A program made the translations under genes and the position numbers. Shown here in pieces: positions 63,583 through 64,000 of a DNA stretch of 64,000 nt. The stretch comes from Auanema rhodensis. Taxonomy: Eukaryota > Animalia > Nematoda. Each line of letters opens with the position of its first letter. Position 1 is the first letter of the stretch. Location: the NCBI GenBank assembly GCA_964057225.1, contig OZ059898.1, forward strand, positions 12,338,001 through 12,402,000, in the 5' to 3' direction. The notes below the pieces were generated by a model. That model was not told the origin of the DNA. It ran no database searches and was given only the letters and a program-made list of their open reading frames with translations.

Positions 63583-63973
63583 TCATCCTTTCACAATAGG
63601 AGCAACCAATGGCTTTACTTGTTTCCATTCCGATACTCCATCGATAAGGATGTCATTCAAATCCATAGTGTCCAACCAGGCCATCTGAAATGACAAAATC
63701 GTAAAGTGGCTAGGCTTCATAAACAAACAGTGGATCGCATATAGGTAACAACCCTGAGGACATGTACAGGATCGCAGGATCGTTCAATATATAGACACCT
63801 CCATATAGCCGCAGCTAAGACACGATCGTCGTGTAAAAATCCCTGAAATGTTTGTTTTGATAACAAAGCTAAACAATGATTCTTGCCTCATCATACTCTA
63901 AGAACGTTTGTAAGTGAAGTCCATGCATCCGTTGCATATCAGCTTTGGAAGAGAGGACTTGATTAATTTCTTT
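63583..63973 (-). CDS. UQCC1: Ubiquinol-cytochrome c reductase complex chaperone (UQCC1/CBP3 family), last three exons 63973-63887, 63842-63729, 63684-63583; 5' part lies outside the window
   Basis: Spliced translation ...HGLHLQTFLEYDE|GFLHDDRVLAAAIWRCLYIERSCDPVHVLRVVTYMRST|MAWLDTMDLNDILIDGVSEWKQVKPLVAPIVKG*. The YDEG..DD.vLAaAiWR segment is the Cbp3/UQCC1 signature. Confidence 0.88.
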
Positions 63974-64000
63974 CTGAACAAGCTCATCAATACTTTTCCA

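Overview
Eukaryotic, AT-rich genomic DNA from a rhabditid-type nematode: TTTCAG acceptors, many 43-55 nt introns, and a tRNA-Asn matching the C. elegans sequence as I recall it. Three protein genes can be assembled by hand. (1) A 10-exon, ~505-aa five-finger C2H2/C2HC zinc-finger transcription factor (+, 34168-37342) with an antisense tRNA-Asn(GTT) in intron 6. (2) A 25-exon aspartyl/asparaginyl beta-hydroxylase ASPH (-, 60979-53948) with two alternative first exons. (3) The 3' end of a UQCC1/CBP3 complex III chaperone gene (-, truncated by the window edge) containing a GC-AG intron. The zinc-finger gene sits in a gene desert (~33 kb upstream, ~16 kb downstream) rich in (CT)n microsatellites and repeated TGACCA, CAGCTG and CRE motifs. 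Two candidate systems stand out, both inferred. First, the zinc-finger gene looks like a multi-layer timer node: uORFs, two DSGxxS beta-TrCP degrons, and a tight downstream cluster of let-7, miR-34 and miR-84 complementary sites. Second, ASPH appears able to make a junctate/humbug-like, catalytically dead Ca2+-binding isoform through intronic polyadenylation. Most entries in the supplied ORF track are microsatellite artefacts.
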